Origin: Porphyridium purpureum
Taxonomy: Eukaryota
NCBI GenBank assembly: GCA_008690995.1
Contig: VRMN01000008.1
Coordinates: 248,001 to 312,000, forward strand
DNA: 64,000 bases
Direction: 5' to 3'
The position numbers were made by a program, and so were the translations under genes. Shown here piece by piece: positions 30,708-41,786 of the stretch. The notes under the pieces are model-generated. The model was given only the letters and a program-made list of their open reading frames with translations. It did not search any database and was not told the DNA's origin. How positions within the stretch are numbered: position 1 is the stretch's first letter; each line of letters opens with the position of its first letter.

Positions 30708-32093
30708 ATGAAAGCGGCGCTGCAGCGGCTGCTGGAAGGGCCGGCGGCGCGGGAGTGGTTGCTGGATCGCGAGGTCACGCCGGAGATTCGTGACGACCCG
30801 GAGACGTTCCGGTTTTGTTTCAAGAACGTGACGGCGTCGCCCGAGACACATGAGGCGCTGGGTCCCTCGTTTCTGAGCAATTATGAAACCACGCTGACGC
30901 TGAAAGGCTACGAGGACGGGATGTCGTTCTTGTGGTCCTCGCCAGAGACATGCCCAGTCGGGAGGATTGCACACGTACATACAAGATACATGCCCGACGT
31001 CAGCATAAAGTCGTCTCGCTCCGTCGGACTGTTCGGAAACCCGCAGCACGCGCTCGTCGTCATTTTCTCGTGGCTCTCGAACGACTGGCTTATTGTCACG
31101 TTCACAAAGAACGAATTCATGACCCGGCAGTCGCACAGCTACTGCTACTCCTGGCAACCCGGCGACACATTGCGGCCATCCAAGTTCGAGAGCTTCGTAG
31201 AGGTGAAGTGTGCGCGAATTCTGTCTGACGCCGAGAAGCGCATGCTGCAGGCCATGGCGGCAGGCCAGGCGCAGCCGCTCGCAATAGAGGAAAATGCACG
31301 CACTGCGTTTTGGAAGCGATGGGTGGCACGCGTTCGCATGGGATGGGAGGGACGGTGGCAAAATACCTATTTTGTACGCTCGCCGCGTGCGCCGCAGGGT
31401 TTGGAACTGCACTTCGAAGACGAGGTATCGCTGCAGTACGACGCGTTCGGGCTCGTGGAAATGCTGGACGAGCTTGCGGGAAGCCTATTTGATGACTTTG
31501 TTTCCGACACGCAGCACCAAATGCCATTTAATGATAGCTTTTTCGATCGAACGCCTGACCAGAGCACAGATAGCGGAGGCAATCGCATATACCGGCGGGA
31601 CTCGGGGAGCCAGCAATCAGCAGACGGCCACTTGCATGATCGGTTACGCACTGAAACCAGCGCAGTACCTGGAAAGAATGTAAGCCCAGATTCTTCAGGC
31701 ACCACGAGCGAAGTCTTATGGCGCGCGCAAAAGAATGGCATGATGTCGGCGCAAAACACCTCCTCACCCACCGGCTCAGAGGAAGGCCCCTTTGTCTGTA
31801 TTCACTGCGACAAGGCCTACACGCAGCGCTCAAGTATGGAAAGACACGTCAAGCTTGTGCACGAGAAGCAAGCGCCACATGAGTGCAAGTTGTGCGGCGT
31901 CAGGTTCAGCGTCAAGTGTAATTTGACGCGCCACATTCAGAATATTCACCATCAGAATCGACCATTCCGCTGCCTCGTGCCGAATTGCCAATGGTCCTTC
32001 TCACAAAAGTTTGACTTGAGGCGGCATCTGAAGCGGAAACATAATTTGGAGGGCGACCAGGCAGAAGCAGCCATCGAAGCGCTGAAGCGTTGA
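30708..32093 (+). CDS. C2H2 zinc-finger protein (three C-terminal fingers) with an uncharacterised N-terminal domain
   Basis: CIHC...HVKLVH, CKLC...HIQNIH, CLVPNC...HLKRKH. ATG at 30708. Confidence 0.88.
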   Translation: MKAALQRLLEGPAAREWLLDREVTPEIRDDPETFRFCFKNVTASPETHEALGPSFLSNYETTLTLKGYEDGMSFLWSSPETCPVGRIAHVHTRYMPDVSIKSSRSVGLFGNPQHALVVIFSWLSNDWLIVTFTKNEFMTRQSHSYCYSWQPGDTLRPSKFESFVEVKCARILSDAEKRMLQAMAAGQAQPLAIEENARTAFWKRWVARVRMGWEGRWQNTYFVRSPRAPQGLELHFEDEVSLQYDAFGLVEMLDELAGSLFDDFVSDTQHQMPFNDSFFDRTPDQSTDSGGNRIYRRDSGSQQSADGHLHDRLRTETSAVPGKNVSPDSSGTTSEVLWRAQKNGMMSAQNTSSPTGSEEGPFVCIHCDKAYTQRSSMERHVKLVHEKQAPHECKLCGVRFSVKCNLTRHIQNIHHQNRPFRCLVPNCQWSFSQKFDLRRHLKRKHNLEGDQAEAAIEALKR

Positions 32094-32293
32094 CGGGTCG
32101 TCGCATTCCCATTCCGCATGTGAAACCCAACTACTTTGGCCCCGGTGGACAGAGAAGGCAAAGTCTCAATTTAGGACTGTCTGACTCTACAGCTGTGAGT
32201 TCTACTTCACAAGACCTTTGAGTACAGGCGTGTAGCTCGGTCAAAGGGACTCAAGCTACTTGCCGGTTCGCTTGCTTGTTTACTCTCACAAAG

Positions 32294-32698
32294 CTACACG
32301 GCAGACTCTCTCAGAATCGCAACGGGGTTGGGCCTCACTGGCGGTCGGTTCGCGTGCTTAAGCGGAAGCACGTTCATTTCTGCTGCTATGAAATGGCCTT
32401 GGTGCAGGTAGTGCTCAAAGCCTTGTCGCTGTGCGAGCTCCGGAATAAGGGTTGCACTCTGCAATTTCTGGTGCTCCGCCGCGAAGAAACGCGCCAGCTC
32501 GTCAAACACCTCGTGCTCCAGGACACGCATCTCGGCAAAGTGCGACGACACAGCGGCCACGAGCTCCGCCTTACTCGGATTTGAGACGCTCATGCTGATT
32601 TTGAAGTGCCGCTTGTAGCGCTTGAGACTGGACTTGCGGAGCCTACTGAGATCTATGCACGTTGGCGCGACGCCGCGCGCAGCGTCAGGCACCGCCAT
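32294..32698 (-). CDS. SAP30: SAP30 Sin3-binding domain protein (histone deacetylase complex subunit); an upstream exon is possible
   Basis: IDLSRL..SSLKRYKRHFKI...PSKAELVAAVSSHF...V.EHEV matches the SAP30 Sin3-binding domain. Confidence 0.8.
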   Translation of the reverse strand: MAVPDAARGVAPTCIDLSRLRKSSLKRYKRHFKISMSVSNPSKAELVAAVSSHFAEMRVLEHEVFDELARFFAAEHQKLQSATLIPELAQRQGFEHYLHQGHFIAAEMNVLPLKHANRPPVRPNPVAILRESAV

Positions 32699-34450
32699 TG
32701 CTCTATCGCTGGGTTTGATTATGTACAGAAAACGGCCAAACGAAGGCGTCACTATTTTGACTCGGCAAAGCAACAACACGAACAACTGCAGCACCCAGGA
32801 TGTGAACAACACTCCCAGCCTTTGCTGTCCGCACGCAATCCAAACCGTGCCGCACCCACGAGCGCGTCCACGTGGCACTCCTGCGCAGGACCAACACCGC
32901 GCCACAACCCCCGAACAACCGACTCACCAACTTACGGACGAGCCCACCCAGCACCCCAACCCAGACTCAGCGCAGTGCTCCTCCACGCGCACCACGTACG
33001 CTACTCCACGATGCCGTCCTCCCTCCCCACCCGCTCAACGCTGTGCCTCCTTTCTCACCAGCACCACGCACTCCTTCTCTCGCTGTCCACGTACCCATCC
33101 ACCCACCCACTCACAACCGCGTCGTGCCGCGCCGCTCGCACTTTTCTCTTTCTCCCCTTTTCATCTCCATTTGCGGCCGTTTCCATCACTCCCACTCCCT
33201 TCCCTTCCGCGACACCGATTCACCACAATCGCCGCGTGCTCGTGCGTTGTTCCAAGGGGAACGCCGCAGCTTCATTTTCGTCCATGCGTGCAAGCCGAAC
33301 AACAACCCAACAAGCCGCGCAAGCCGGCGGGAACCGGCAACCAACACAATTAAATCCAGGCGACCCCACCCACACACGCGGTGCAAGCCGCCTTTCTACT
33401 AGCCCGGCGAGAAATCCAGCCGCGCGTGCGGGGGGAGGGTGTTTCCACACACGCGCGTGCGAATCCGACCGACCAGTCGGTCTGTCCTTTCTGTCTGTCG
33501 GCCGTTGCTGGGGTGGTGGTGGGTGGTTGCACCGCACGCTTCGAGAGGTGCGAGACCACCGCGCGGCGTTGACGAGAGAAAACGTCCGTCATGCGAGCGT
33601 GCGAGCGTGCGTGTGGGAGTCGAGCGAGACAGCGAGAGAGAGCGAGCGGGAATGAAACCCTTCGTGCGTGTGATGGATGGAAGGGCGGAAGGGTTGAAAG
33701 GAATGGCGGACGACGGACTGAGTGACTGAAGCGACGAGCGTCATAGAAACACACTTGGATCCGCGCGCATGAGCAGTTCATTGGTTGGGTGTTCGGCGGG
33801 TGGGCGAAGATGGCAATCCGCTTCCGGCATTGCACGTGTCCTGAAATGGTGTTGCGGAAACACAAACGTGCGGAGTGCAAAGGAATGTGACATCCACGCG
33901 CCCGCACGCGGGTGGTGCCGCTCGGAATCATGGATTCGGGTGGATTTAGGTAGAGCGTTTGTGCGCGGAAGTACAGTGCGCGTGTCGTGCTTGCGCGCCG
34001 CGTCGCCGGATCGCAGCAGCTCCGTTTTGGGCGAAACGCGCTTTCAGCAGCGCCGAGATGTTCGCCAAACCGGTAACCGATAAGCTGGTTTGTGCGCTCG
34101 TGGTGCAGTTGCGCGATGCATGCGTGGGTGTCAGGGGTGGTGACCGCTTGGGGTTTGTTGAGACGCGGAAACAATCGAGTCTTCTCTCGTGGTCGATCGA
34201 GCGAGCTACGAGAACATGGCGGCGGCCATCTTCCCGTTGTCCGAGTTTAAACGAAGAATAGGGTCCCACCCAGACGTGTCGACGGATGCCATTCCAGTCA
34301 GAACAAACTCTGAGTCTCATAAAATATGCGTGCCTTTTTATCGCGGAAAGCGCGTCTCGGTGCGAACCGAGTAACAGGCTTCCGAACTTTACGCGGCGGT
34401 CAGTCATCCAGTCAGATGCGTGGTCTTTTGTCGCCTGGCGATGCCGGGGA

Positions 34451-35887
34451 TCACGCCATCAACGAGAGCGTCAGGATGCCTGATTCGGAGGCGCACGCGA
34501 GCACATTGCTGTTTGGGGCGACGTCCAGAGAGTTGCAAGAGGAATACTGGTCCTTGTGAAGTATGTGCACGTCGCTCGACGAAATGGAGCCGCTCCACAG
34601 ATCCGTGGGCCCCAGACTTCCGCCGCTCCCTCGTCTAGCTGCGGCGGTTTGATAATTCCATAAAAGGGCGTGCCCATCCTCGCCTGCGCTGAGAAGCGTG
34701 CCCGGTCGATTCCCAACCACACGCACGTCCCAGATTGAGCCTGTGTGTGCGATGGCTTGCGCGACCGGTAGGCACCGCGCATCGCGAAGGCCTGTACTTG
34801 ACGCGCCGCCGCCGACCACAGGCTCAGATCCTTTGCGGCGATCCCACGTCACCAGTTCGCCGCGAAACGTTCCCGCCATGACAAACGTGAACGATGCAGG
34901 GTCGGCAGTCATGCATCGTATTCTGGTATCTCCGTGTGGATGCACCAGATTGAATGCTAGCTTTGTTGCAGGCGCACATTCCATCGCATTCATTCTCAGA
35001 TCCCATAAACAAATGCGCCCACATGCGGTGCCGGTGGCAACCATGCTTTTTTCGAGTGATGTGGCACAAAGAAACCCCATTCTCGAGCTGTCATTCGCGC
35101 TTGAAAGAAGCGCGCCAGTTTCCAGATCAAAAACTCCCATGCTTCCCGCACTGCCTAGTGCCACGAGCCGACCCGCCGTGTCTTCCGTCAGAGTTACGCT
35201 GACGACGCTCTCCCCCTGCTTCATCACCCCGCCTTGACAAAGCACCATCACCGCTTCTTTCCGACGCTCGCTGTTCATGCTGAATATTTCCACTATACCT
35301 TTGGATGATGCGGCGGCAACAAGGCACGATTCTGCTGTCCTCACTTCGGCAAGGTCGGTCACCTTTCCGCGCGTCGGGAAGTGGCGATACGATCTGAGCT
35401 GCAGGTCCAACGGCGCGCACGCGGCTTCATCCGGAGAGGGAACGCTCCTTCTGGCTCGCATCTCCAAAATATAAACCGCATCACGACCCAAACCACCGGA
35501 CGCGGTCGCAACTGCCAGGTGAGCGGCAGGAAGCTCCTCAGCTTGCGCATCCAGTCCACCGTGTTCCACCAAAGACGAGCGTATCCACCTCGCCTTGGAA
35601 ATCGGCGCACCGCACCGCCACTGCCCGTGTCCATTTCCGCCGCTTGCCAAGTCTACCGGTGACGCCAGGTCTGCAGCGTCTACCCTTATTGTCAATCCCT
35701 CATCGCTCACGTGCTCGCCACGCACATTCCCTATGCTCGGCCTTGCGTGCCACGGCTCGTAAACACGACCACCCACCCAACCCGACGTTGTTCTCACAGA
35801 TCTTCCTTCAAACGGCTCAATCACGCCATCGGGCACCGTCTGCTTGGGTCGCGGCACCGGGCGCCGCCTACCATACCCTCCAATCAT
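34451..35887 (-). CDS. NUP43: WD40 protein, nucleoporin Nup43-like
   Basis: ISKARW (cf. Nup43 ISKTRW), AHTGSIWDVR...LLSAGEDG..LLW, SCNSLDV...LAC.SESG. Confidence 0.7.
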   Translation of the reverse strand: MIGGYGRRRPVPRPKQTVPDGVIEPFEGRSVRTTSGWVGGRVYEPWHARPSIGNVRGEHVSDEGLTIRVDAADLASPVDLASGGNGHGQWRCGAPISKARWIRSSLVEHGGLDAQAEELPAAHLAVATASGGLGRDAVYILEMRARRSVPSPDEAACAPLDLQLRSYRHFPTRGKVTDLAEVRTAESCLVAAASSKGIVEIFSMNSERRKEAVMVLCQGGVMKQGESVVSVTLTEDTAGRLVALGSAGSMGVFDLETGALLSSANDSSRMGFLCATSLEKSMVATGTACGRICLWDLRMNAMECAPATKLAFNLVHPHGDTRIRCMTADPASFTFVMAGTFRGELVTWDRRKGSEPVVGGGASSTGLRDARCLPVAQAIAHTGSIWDVRVVGNRPGTLLSAGEDGHALLWNYQTAAARRGSGGSLGPTDLWSGSISSSDVHILHKDQYSSCNSLDVAPNSNVLACASESGILTLSLMA

Positions 35888-36017
35888 TGTGCGTCCCTTC
35901 TTCTCTGCATTGGTTGCTTCTTCTTCTTCTTCTTCTCCGCCTCTTCCTCCGCCGGCGCGAAGGAGTGCATTCTTGTGCGTGAGCGAAGGACGAGCGGATG
36001 GACAAGGGCGTATCGTT

Positions 36018-38240
36018 ATGGACGTGACCGGGAGTATATGGAGCAGCGAGTACGTGGGAGCCCGTTTAAGCGTCGCGGTTCCGGACGGCCGTGTGGCGGT
36101 TTATGAGACGCACGTGTCAGAACCTACGTCCCTTCGGGAGGATCCAGTCTGCGACTTGCGTCTGGACCAGCGCCTCGGCGTCGTCCACACGGAGCACGCA
36201 GATCGTGTCACGGCCACAGCGATAATTCCTTCTGATCGTGGGCTCTTGCTTGGTTTTGCGAGCGGGAAAATTGCGCTGGTGGCAAGGTCTGCTGAGAAAG
36301 ACGGAAGTGTCGATCATGGCGGGACCACGGCCGCCGGCAGTGCATCCGCGTATGAATGGATAGTTGCCACGTGCCACGCGCCCCCGACGGGCGTCACGGC
36401 ACTTGCAACCGACGCTGGTGGACTCACTTTGTATTCGACGGGTAATGATTTGCAGATTGTCAAGACCACAAGAACGTCGGGTTCAAATTTATCAGTACAA
36501 CGTCGCGGCTCGCTGCAAACGAGTCAGAGCTCGGTGCTTGCAACGCTGCCCTCCAGAAACCCGCCGACTGCTGTGGCCTTGTCGCCTTGCGAAAGCATGT
36601 TGGCGGTAGCATCGTGCTCCGTGCACATCTTCAGCACAAAAGACGGCACGCACCTGAAGCACTTCATCGGGCACGAGAACGCCGTTCATAGCTTGTTTTT
36701 CATGAGCAGCAACTCGCAGTGGCTTGTTTCCGCCGCGCAGAATGACCGATATGTGTCCATGTGGCATTGCGCAAACGAAAAACACGAGCTGAGAGAAAAT
36801 ATGCACAACAGCTCGAAACGATCAAAGCATGCGTCATCAATGCCCGTGTCCTTGTCATCGCAAGCGACGACGACGGCACTCGCACCGAAACGGACATACT
36901 TGGCAAGAGAACCAGTGCAGAGCTTGCTGATGAATCCTTTTTGTGGCTCTGACGAAGGTTCGTTTGCAGCTGTCGACGTACGCGGCGGGGTTTCGGTCTG
37001 GCGTGTGCATCCCTTGCCGTCGTTAGCTGGCGCAGAAAAGCAGAGCGAGGGCCCCCATGTTAACCACGCTCCGCATGCACCATCGTCGCTTATTTTGGCT
37101 GGACCAGACGGCGTCATTCTGTACGGACTTTTTGCTTCTGTCTCGCATCTTGTCCTCATTTCTGGTTCCGCGTTTGTCCCAATCAGTGAGGTTGTAAATG
37201 TGAACACGGCAGGTCCTCTCGTGTCGCTCAATGACTCCAAGGCAAAAGATGGTAGCAGTCAGACTTTGAAGGGGGCCGAAAATGGTAGCACAGCAGAAGG
37301 ACGGGACGAGCGGCGGAGGCACGCCGAATCTCGGGTGCCATTAGTAGATCATGCCACGATACCACTTCCTGCGTCGCGATCTGCTGGGCGCGGCGTTATT
37401 GAGGCGGACGCGCATGCAAGGGAACAGAGAAGAAGTGCAAAGGCAGATCATCTCGAAATGGACGAGGAGGACCGATTGGACAACGAGCCGACGCTGCAGG
37501 AGCGTCTGACTAAGATGGGCGTGCGAGGGCCGACCCCTGCCCTGACTTCAGACTTAGAAAACAGCGGTGAAGCCGCCTTGGGTCCTGATGCGCGTGAGAG
37601 TGGAATCCACGACTCCGTGGACTCAGTGGCATCTTTACTGCAGCAGGCACTGGATATCAAAGACGCCAAGCTGTTAGAGAAAGCATTGCAAGCGTCGACT
37701 TCGTCGCGAGTCGTTGCGCGAACGGTGGCGAATTTGGAGATGGCGTATGTGGTCCCTTTGCTTGAAGCCATTGTAGACCGTTTACGGTCTCGGTACAGGA
37801 GAACTGATCTGTTGGCTTGGTTGTCGGCGCTAGTCACCGAACGTGCCGGTGTCTTAGCCTCGTCTGTTGAGGCGGCACATGCCCTGGCCGCGTTCAGTCA
37901 AGTGTCAGACGAGCGCGCACAAAGATACACTGAGTTTGAAGATTTGGAAGGACGTTTGGATTTCACGCTGCGTGCTTCAGAACACCGCATCCAGGAACCA
38001 TTTCATCTACGGGAGCCCATTGTCTTGTACGATGAAACCGTTATGCACGTCGCGAGCGACGGCGAAGCAGAACCAGAATCAGAGTCAGAACCTGACACCC
38101 ATTTATATGAAAGGAGCGGCGATGGCATCAACAAAGTAGCCGACCAAAAGTCTCGTAAGGATATAGTTGATCGCATGCGTGCTAGTGCATTGAAGCTTGT
38201 CGCAGATGAGAATGACTCTTCCGATGACGACTTTGATTAG
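36018..38240 (+). CDS. UTP5: WDR43/Utp5 (SSU processome t-UTP subunit)
   Basis: N-terminal WD repeats (F.GHENAV..L.F, LVSAA.NDRYVSMW), Utp12-type C-terminal domain (SVASLLQQAL...D..LLE, TVANL, LEGRLDF) and an acidic tail. Confidence 0.82.
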   Translation: MDVTGSIWSSEYVGARLSVAVPDGRVAVYETHVSEPTSLREDPVCDLRLDQRLGVVHTEHADRVTATAIIPSDRGLLLGFASGKIALVARSAEKDGSVDHGGTTAAGSASAYEWIVATCHAPPTGVTALATDAGGLTLYSTGNDLQIVKTTRTSGSNLSVQRRGSLQTSQSSVLATLPSRNPPTAVALSPCESMLAVASCSVHIFSTKDGTHLKHFIGHENAVHSLFFMSSNSQWLVSAAQNDRYVSMWHCANEKHELRENMHNSSKRSKHASSMPVSLSSQATTTALAPKRTYLAREPVQSLLMNPFCGSDEGSFAAVDVRGGVSVWRVHPLPSLAGAEKQSEGPHVNHAPHAPSSLILAGPDGVILYGLFASVSHLVLISGSAFVPISEVVNVNTAGPLVSLNDSKAKDGSSQTLKGAENGSTAEGRDERRRHAESRVPLVDHATIPLPASRSAGRGVIEADAHAREQRRSAKADHLEMDEEDRLDNEPTLQERLTKMGVRGPTPALTSDLENSGEAALGPDARESGIHDSVDSVASLLQQALDIKDAKLLEKALQASTSSRVVARTVANLEMAYVVPLLEAIVDRLRSRYRRTDLLAWLSALVTERAGVLASSVEAAHALAAFSQVSDERAQRYTEFEDLEGRLDFTLRASEHRIQEPFHLREPIVLYDETVMHVASDGEAEPESESEPDTHLYERSGDGINKVADQKSRKDIVDRMRASALKLVADENDSSDDDFD

Positions 38241-38448
38241 TGTCGCGCACGTGTTCAGAACGCTGGGCGCGACACGAGCGTTGCCGTGTTTGCACCCTAT
38301 AGGGCCTCCATATATTAAAACAATTCGAGTAAGCGCTCATCGGGCAGTCATCGCTTGATTGAAGTCCACGTTGCACTGTTTATTTCCAAACGTAGAGTGA
38401 GGCCCTCGGAGCGGGACACGAACGTTCCTGCCGGTTGATCACGTTGCG

Positions 38449-39525
38449 ATGGTTGCCATCCCAGTAACCCTGCTCACAGGATTTCTGGGCTCGGGCAAGA
38501 CAACTCTCTTGAATGCGCTACTGCGGCAGAGTCACCACGGGCTCCGCATTGCGGTGGTCGTGAACGAATTTGGCGCGGTGGACATTGACTCGCAGTTGAT
38601 TGCGAACGAGAGCGGGTCTGGTGCGAATCCAGAAGTTGTGTCGCTGAAGAACGGGTGCATGTGTTGTACCGTATCAAACTCGGTGGCCGAGACGCTCCTG
38701 TCCTTGCTCAATGTCAATGATGGGCTGACAGAGCGGCTGGATCATGTCGTGATTGAAACTTCGGGCATATCGGATCCGGCAGGAATGGTGCATATGCTAG
38801 ACGTAGAAGAGCTCAGAAGATATGTGTTTTTGGATCAGATTCTGACTGTTGTCGATGCTGCGAATGTGATGAGCGCTGAAGAGTACAAAAGCGAAACGGC
38901 TAGCTCTCAAATCAAGCTTGCAGACACGATATACCTGAGCAAGTCGGACCTCCTCTTCGAGGATCAATTCGAAAAGATTCGAAAGTTTGTGCAAGGCCTG
39001 ACAAGTGCCGAGATTTTGTACACGAAACCTGGTCATGAACTTCCGGTGCTGGCGCTCTTCGGTTGTTCGTTTTCCGCGCTCCCGGATGTGTCGAGTCCGC
39101 GCACTTCTTCTCGCCGCCAGGGACAAGCACGCACGGACGGCGAGAAGCACGTGTCTAGTCAGCATCTCGAGGCAGATGGATTTGAAACCTTGAGTCTGAT
39201 CTCAGACCGTGAACTGGACATGGCGCGCTTTCGAAACGCGTTTGTACAGGCAAGGTTGCCTGGAGTCTACCGTGCGAAGGGCATCTTGTTTTTCTCTGGG
39301 TATCCGCTCTTCCGCTTCGTGTTCCAGCTCTCCGAGAGACGTCATACTGTCGAACACAGCACGCAGCAAGTTGCAAATAGGACAAGTCAGCTCGTACTCA
39401 TCGGAAGGGGTATAGCAAAGGATGAGGACATGTATCGGGCGATGTTTGACTCTTGCGTTGTAGACTCGGGGGACTCGACCAAGCAATCTGCGAGTGCAAC
39501 AGTTGTAGAATGGGACGGCTTGTGA
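38449..39525 (+). CDS. cobW: COG0523/CobW-family G3E GTPase (zinc metallochaperone)
   Basis: [45 protein letters not shown], CobW_C (YRAKGIL, LVLIGR). Confidence 0.93.
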   Translation: MVAIPVTLLTGFLGSGKTTLLNALLRQSHHGLRIAVVVNEFGAVDIDSQLIANESGSGANPEVVSLKNGCMCCTVSNSVAETLLSLLNVNDGLTERLDHVVIETSGISDPAGMVHMLDVEELRRYVFLDQILTVVDAANVMSAEEYKSETASSQIKLADTIYLSKSDLLFEDQFEKIRKFVQGLTSAEILYTKPGHELPVLALFGCSFSALPDVSSPRTSSRRQGQARTDGEKHVSSQHLEADGFETLSLISDRELDMARFRNAFVQARLPGVYRAKGILFFSGYPLFRFVFQLSERRHTVEHSTQQVANRTSQLVLIGRGIAKDEDMYRAMFDSCVVDSGDSTKQSASATVVEWDGL

Positions 39526-39536
39526 TTCTGCTCACT

Positions 39537-41303
39537 TTATTTCATTCCATCTCCAAGAGAAATAAGTCGAGCAAGCATCTTGTCGAGATGTTCTGACAGC
39601 ACATGTGGGCTGTTGAGAATCAGCCGAAAGAATGCGGGGAGGTTTCTATCCGGTAACGAGCTGTAATTGATCAGCATGAATCCATCCGCTTGCATAACGC
39701 GATAAAGCTTGCGGGTGGTCAAATCCAGTGCTTGGCACACATGGCACCTGCTCGGCGCCGCCACTCGGCACACGCGCTCGTTGCCGATGTCTGGACTGCC
39801 CTTTGATCTACTGAGGAGAACGCGCTTTCCTGCTGCGACTGCTTGAACGACACCACACTGCTCAATATATTCCGATTCTCCTTGAAGTAAATTGTATGCG
39901 TGAGTCAACGCCTCTGGTACATACCAAAAGCAAACATTGAAAGAAACCGGACACACAACCAGCAGAAACCTGGTGTGCTTTTGTTGTATTCGGTCAGCGC
40001 AATAGAGAGCAAGGGAGATGGCATTGTTCACTCGTTCTCGCAGGCCGCGTGTACCATACCGCTTCCATGAAAGCCACAATTTTACCACGTCAGCCCTGCG
40101 GCCACACTGAAGTGAATTGTCTCCGGAATCATACGCGGTCTCTGGATGGTCAGCGTGAAACAAGTATTCTGCACCACTGGAAATGGCGCCGTGCAAGACA
40201 TCACTTTGCTTGGTCAGGAGTATCGAGCATTGGAGCGGGACTCCCAGCAGCTTGTGCGGGTTCCAGGCGATCGAATCGGCATTTTCTACCCCTCGTAGAA
40301 GACGCCTATGTGCAGAGCCTTGCTCACATAAAACCACCGAACCACCGTAGCACGCGTCCACGTGCAGCCACATATTATACCTCTTACATATTCGTGATAT
40401 AGCCTCAAGGTTATCATATGCGCCCAGCACGGTCGTCCCAGCGGTGGCGCACACCAAAAAGGGCCTTCCGGAAGAGGTCTGAATCTGCTGCTCCAATAAA
40501 TCTTCGCGCATGGCTCCACTATTATCACATGGAACTTTGACGACATGTAGCTCCCCGATGCCCAGCACCATGGCGGCCCTCGCTATCGAGTAGTGCGCTT
40601 GAACCGAGGTGAAAACACAAAGAGGACCACCATCAACAGCGTGCATGCCATGTGCACGGATATCTGGAAACATGACATTTCTTGCCGCAGTCATTGCCAG
40701 TAGGTTTGAGTACGAGCCGCCTGGACAAAAAGTGCCATTGCACAGCTCCTCATCATATCCAAAGCGCTGCCCCACGTGCTGAATGATCCTCTTCTGCAGC
40801 ACACTGAGCGCCGGCGCTGTGGCATACGTATCTGGACTTGTGTTCAGTACGGCGATCAGTAATTCCGCAATTTGTCCCACGGGTGAAGAGCCGGCGTACA
40901 GCCGGTTCAAAAACATTGGGTTCATCGTGACTACGGAATACTCAAGGAGCTCATTCACGGCGTCCATGACGCGCTCGACGCCAGCGTGGCTGCTTGGAGG
41001 CGAATTTTCCGGCAAAAACGACGACGAACGAACATCAAAAATATCTTCCAGTGCAGACGGAGTCAAGTACTTCTGCAGGAGCCGCGGGCGGTCTGTATCG
41101 ACCACGTGTGCGCGCTCATTGTAGTACTTTTGCAACTTGTCATCCATGAAAGCCATCAGCTGCTGCATTTCACTCGCGTCTGTTTGCGACGAGCCGAGAA
41201 CGCTAGACCGCCAGGCACGGTCATCTTCATCGTTTCTAGACCCATTCTGACTCGCGACGACACTCACATCCAGACCTGAGCCCGCGCCATTCATCTGCTC
41301 CAT
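39537..41303 (-). CDS. Group II PLP-dependent decarboxylase, animal-type GAD/CSAD/GADL1 family
   Basis: NPMFLNRLYAG, TYATAP, PGGSYSN, AHYSI..AA..LG.G, ATAGTTVLGAYD, WLHVDACYGG, WNPHK (PLP Lys), YD.GD.SLQCGRRAD. ATG at 41303. Confidence 0.92.
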   Translation of the reverse strand: MEQMNGAGSGLDVSVVASQNGSRNDEDDRAWRSSVLGSSQTDASEMQQLMAFMDDKLQKYYNERAHVVDTDRPRLLQKYLTPSALEDIFDVRSSSFLPENSPPSSHAGVERVMDAVNELLEYSVVTMNPMFLNRLYAGSSPVGQIAELLIAVLNTSPDTYATAPALSVLQKRIIQHVGQRFGYDEELCNGTFCPGGSYSNLLAMTAARNVMFPDIRAHGMHAVDGGPLCVFTSVQAHYSIARAAMVLGIGELHVVKVPCDNSGAMREDLLEQQIQTSSGRPFLVCATAGTTVLGAYDNLEAISRICKRYNMWLHVDACYGGSVVLCEQGSAHRRLLRGVENADSIAWNPHKLLGVPLQCSILLTKQSDVLHGAISSGAEYLFHADHPETAYDSGDNSLQCGRRADVVKLWLSWKRYGTRGLRERVNNAISLALYCADRIQQKHTRFLLVVCPVSFNVCFWYVPEALTHAYNLLQGESEYIEQCGVVQAVAAGKRVLLSRSKGSPDIGNERVCRVAAPSRCHVCQALDLTTRKLYRVMQADGFMLINYSSLPDRNLPAFFRLILNSPHVLSEHLDKMLARLISLGDGMK

Positions 41304-41560
41304 CTTCCGGCACACAAACAAAGTAATGCGCCACTTTTCGTTCAGCACATTGAACCGGAGAACGTCACACACACCCACAGAGACACAGACACAAGAACAG
41401 TCGTGTGGTTCGGTCAGACAGTGAGGCTCATGGGCGTGGGCTAGCCACACTTCAAGCGAGTGCAAACAGCTGCCTCCCTGCTCTCCTCCACCGCCACCAC
41501 AGCCACGGCCAGCTTGTCGCGACAAACCGTTCCGAGCCGCACACCGCCCGCGCACGCGCC

Positions 41561-41590
41561 TAGGGTTTCGCCCGCGTTCATCTAGGGTTT
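41561..41590. promoter_or_regulatory. Two telo-boxes (TAGGGTTT at 41561 and 41583) in the decarboxylase/TAF10 divergent promoter
   Basis: Exact matches, 22 bp apart. Confidence 0.5.
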
Positions 41591-41786
41591 CTGCAATGGC
41601 TACTGCGCTGTACCTCCCGAGTGGTTTCTGTATGAAAAAGGCGTTATGTGGATAGGTGTTTGTGGGTGTATGCGAGGAGATGTTTTTGGTGGAGTGCGTT
41701 ACGCGGTAAGTTGTTGGGACGGCAGAGACGGAGTGAGGGAGAAGCGAGAGGAAGGACGGGCGTGTTTGTGTAGTGAGGGAAGGAGA

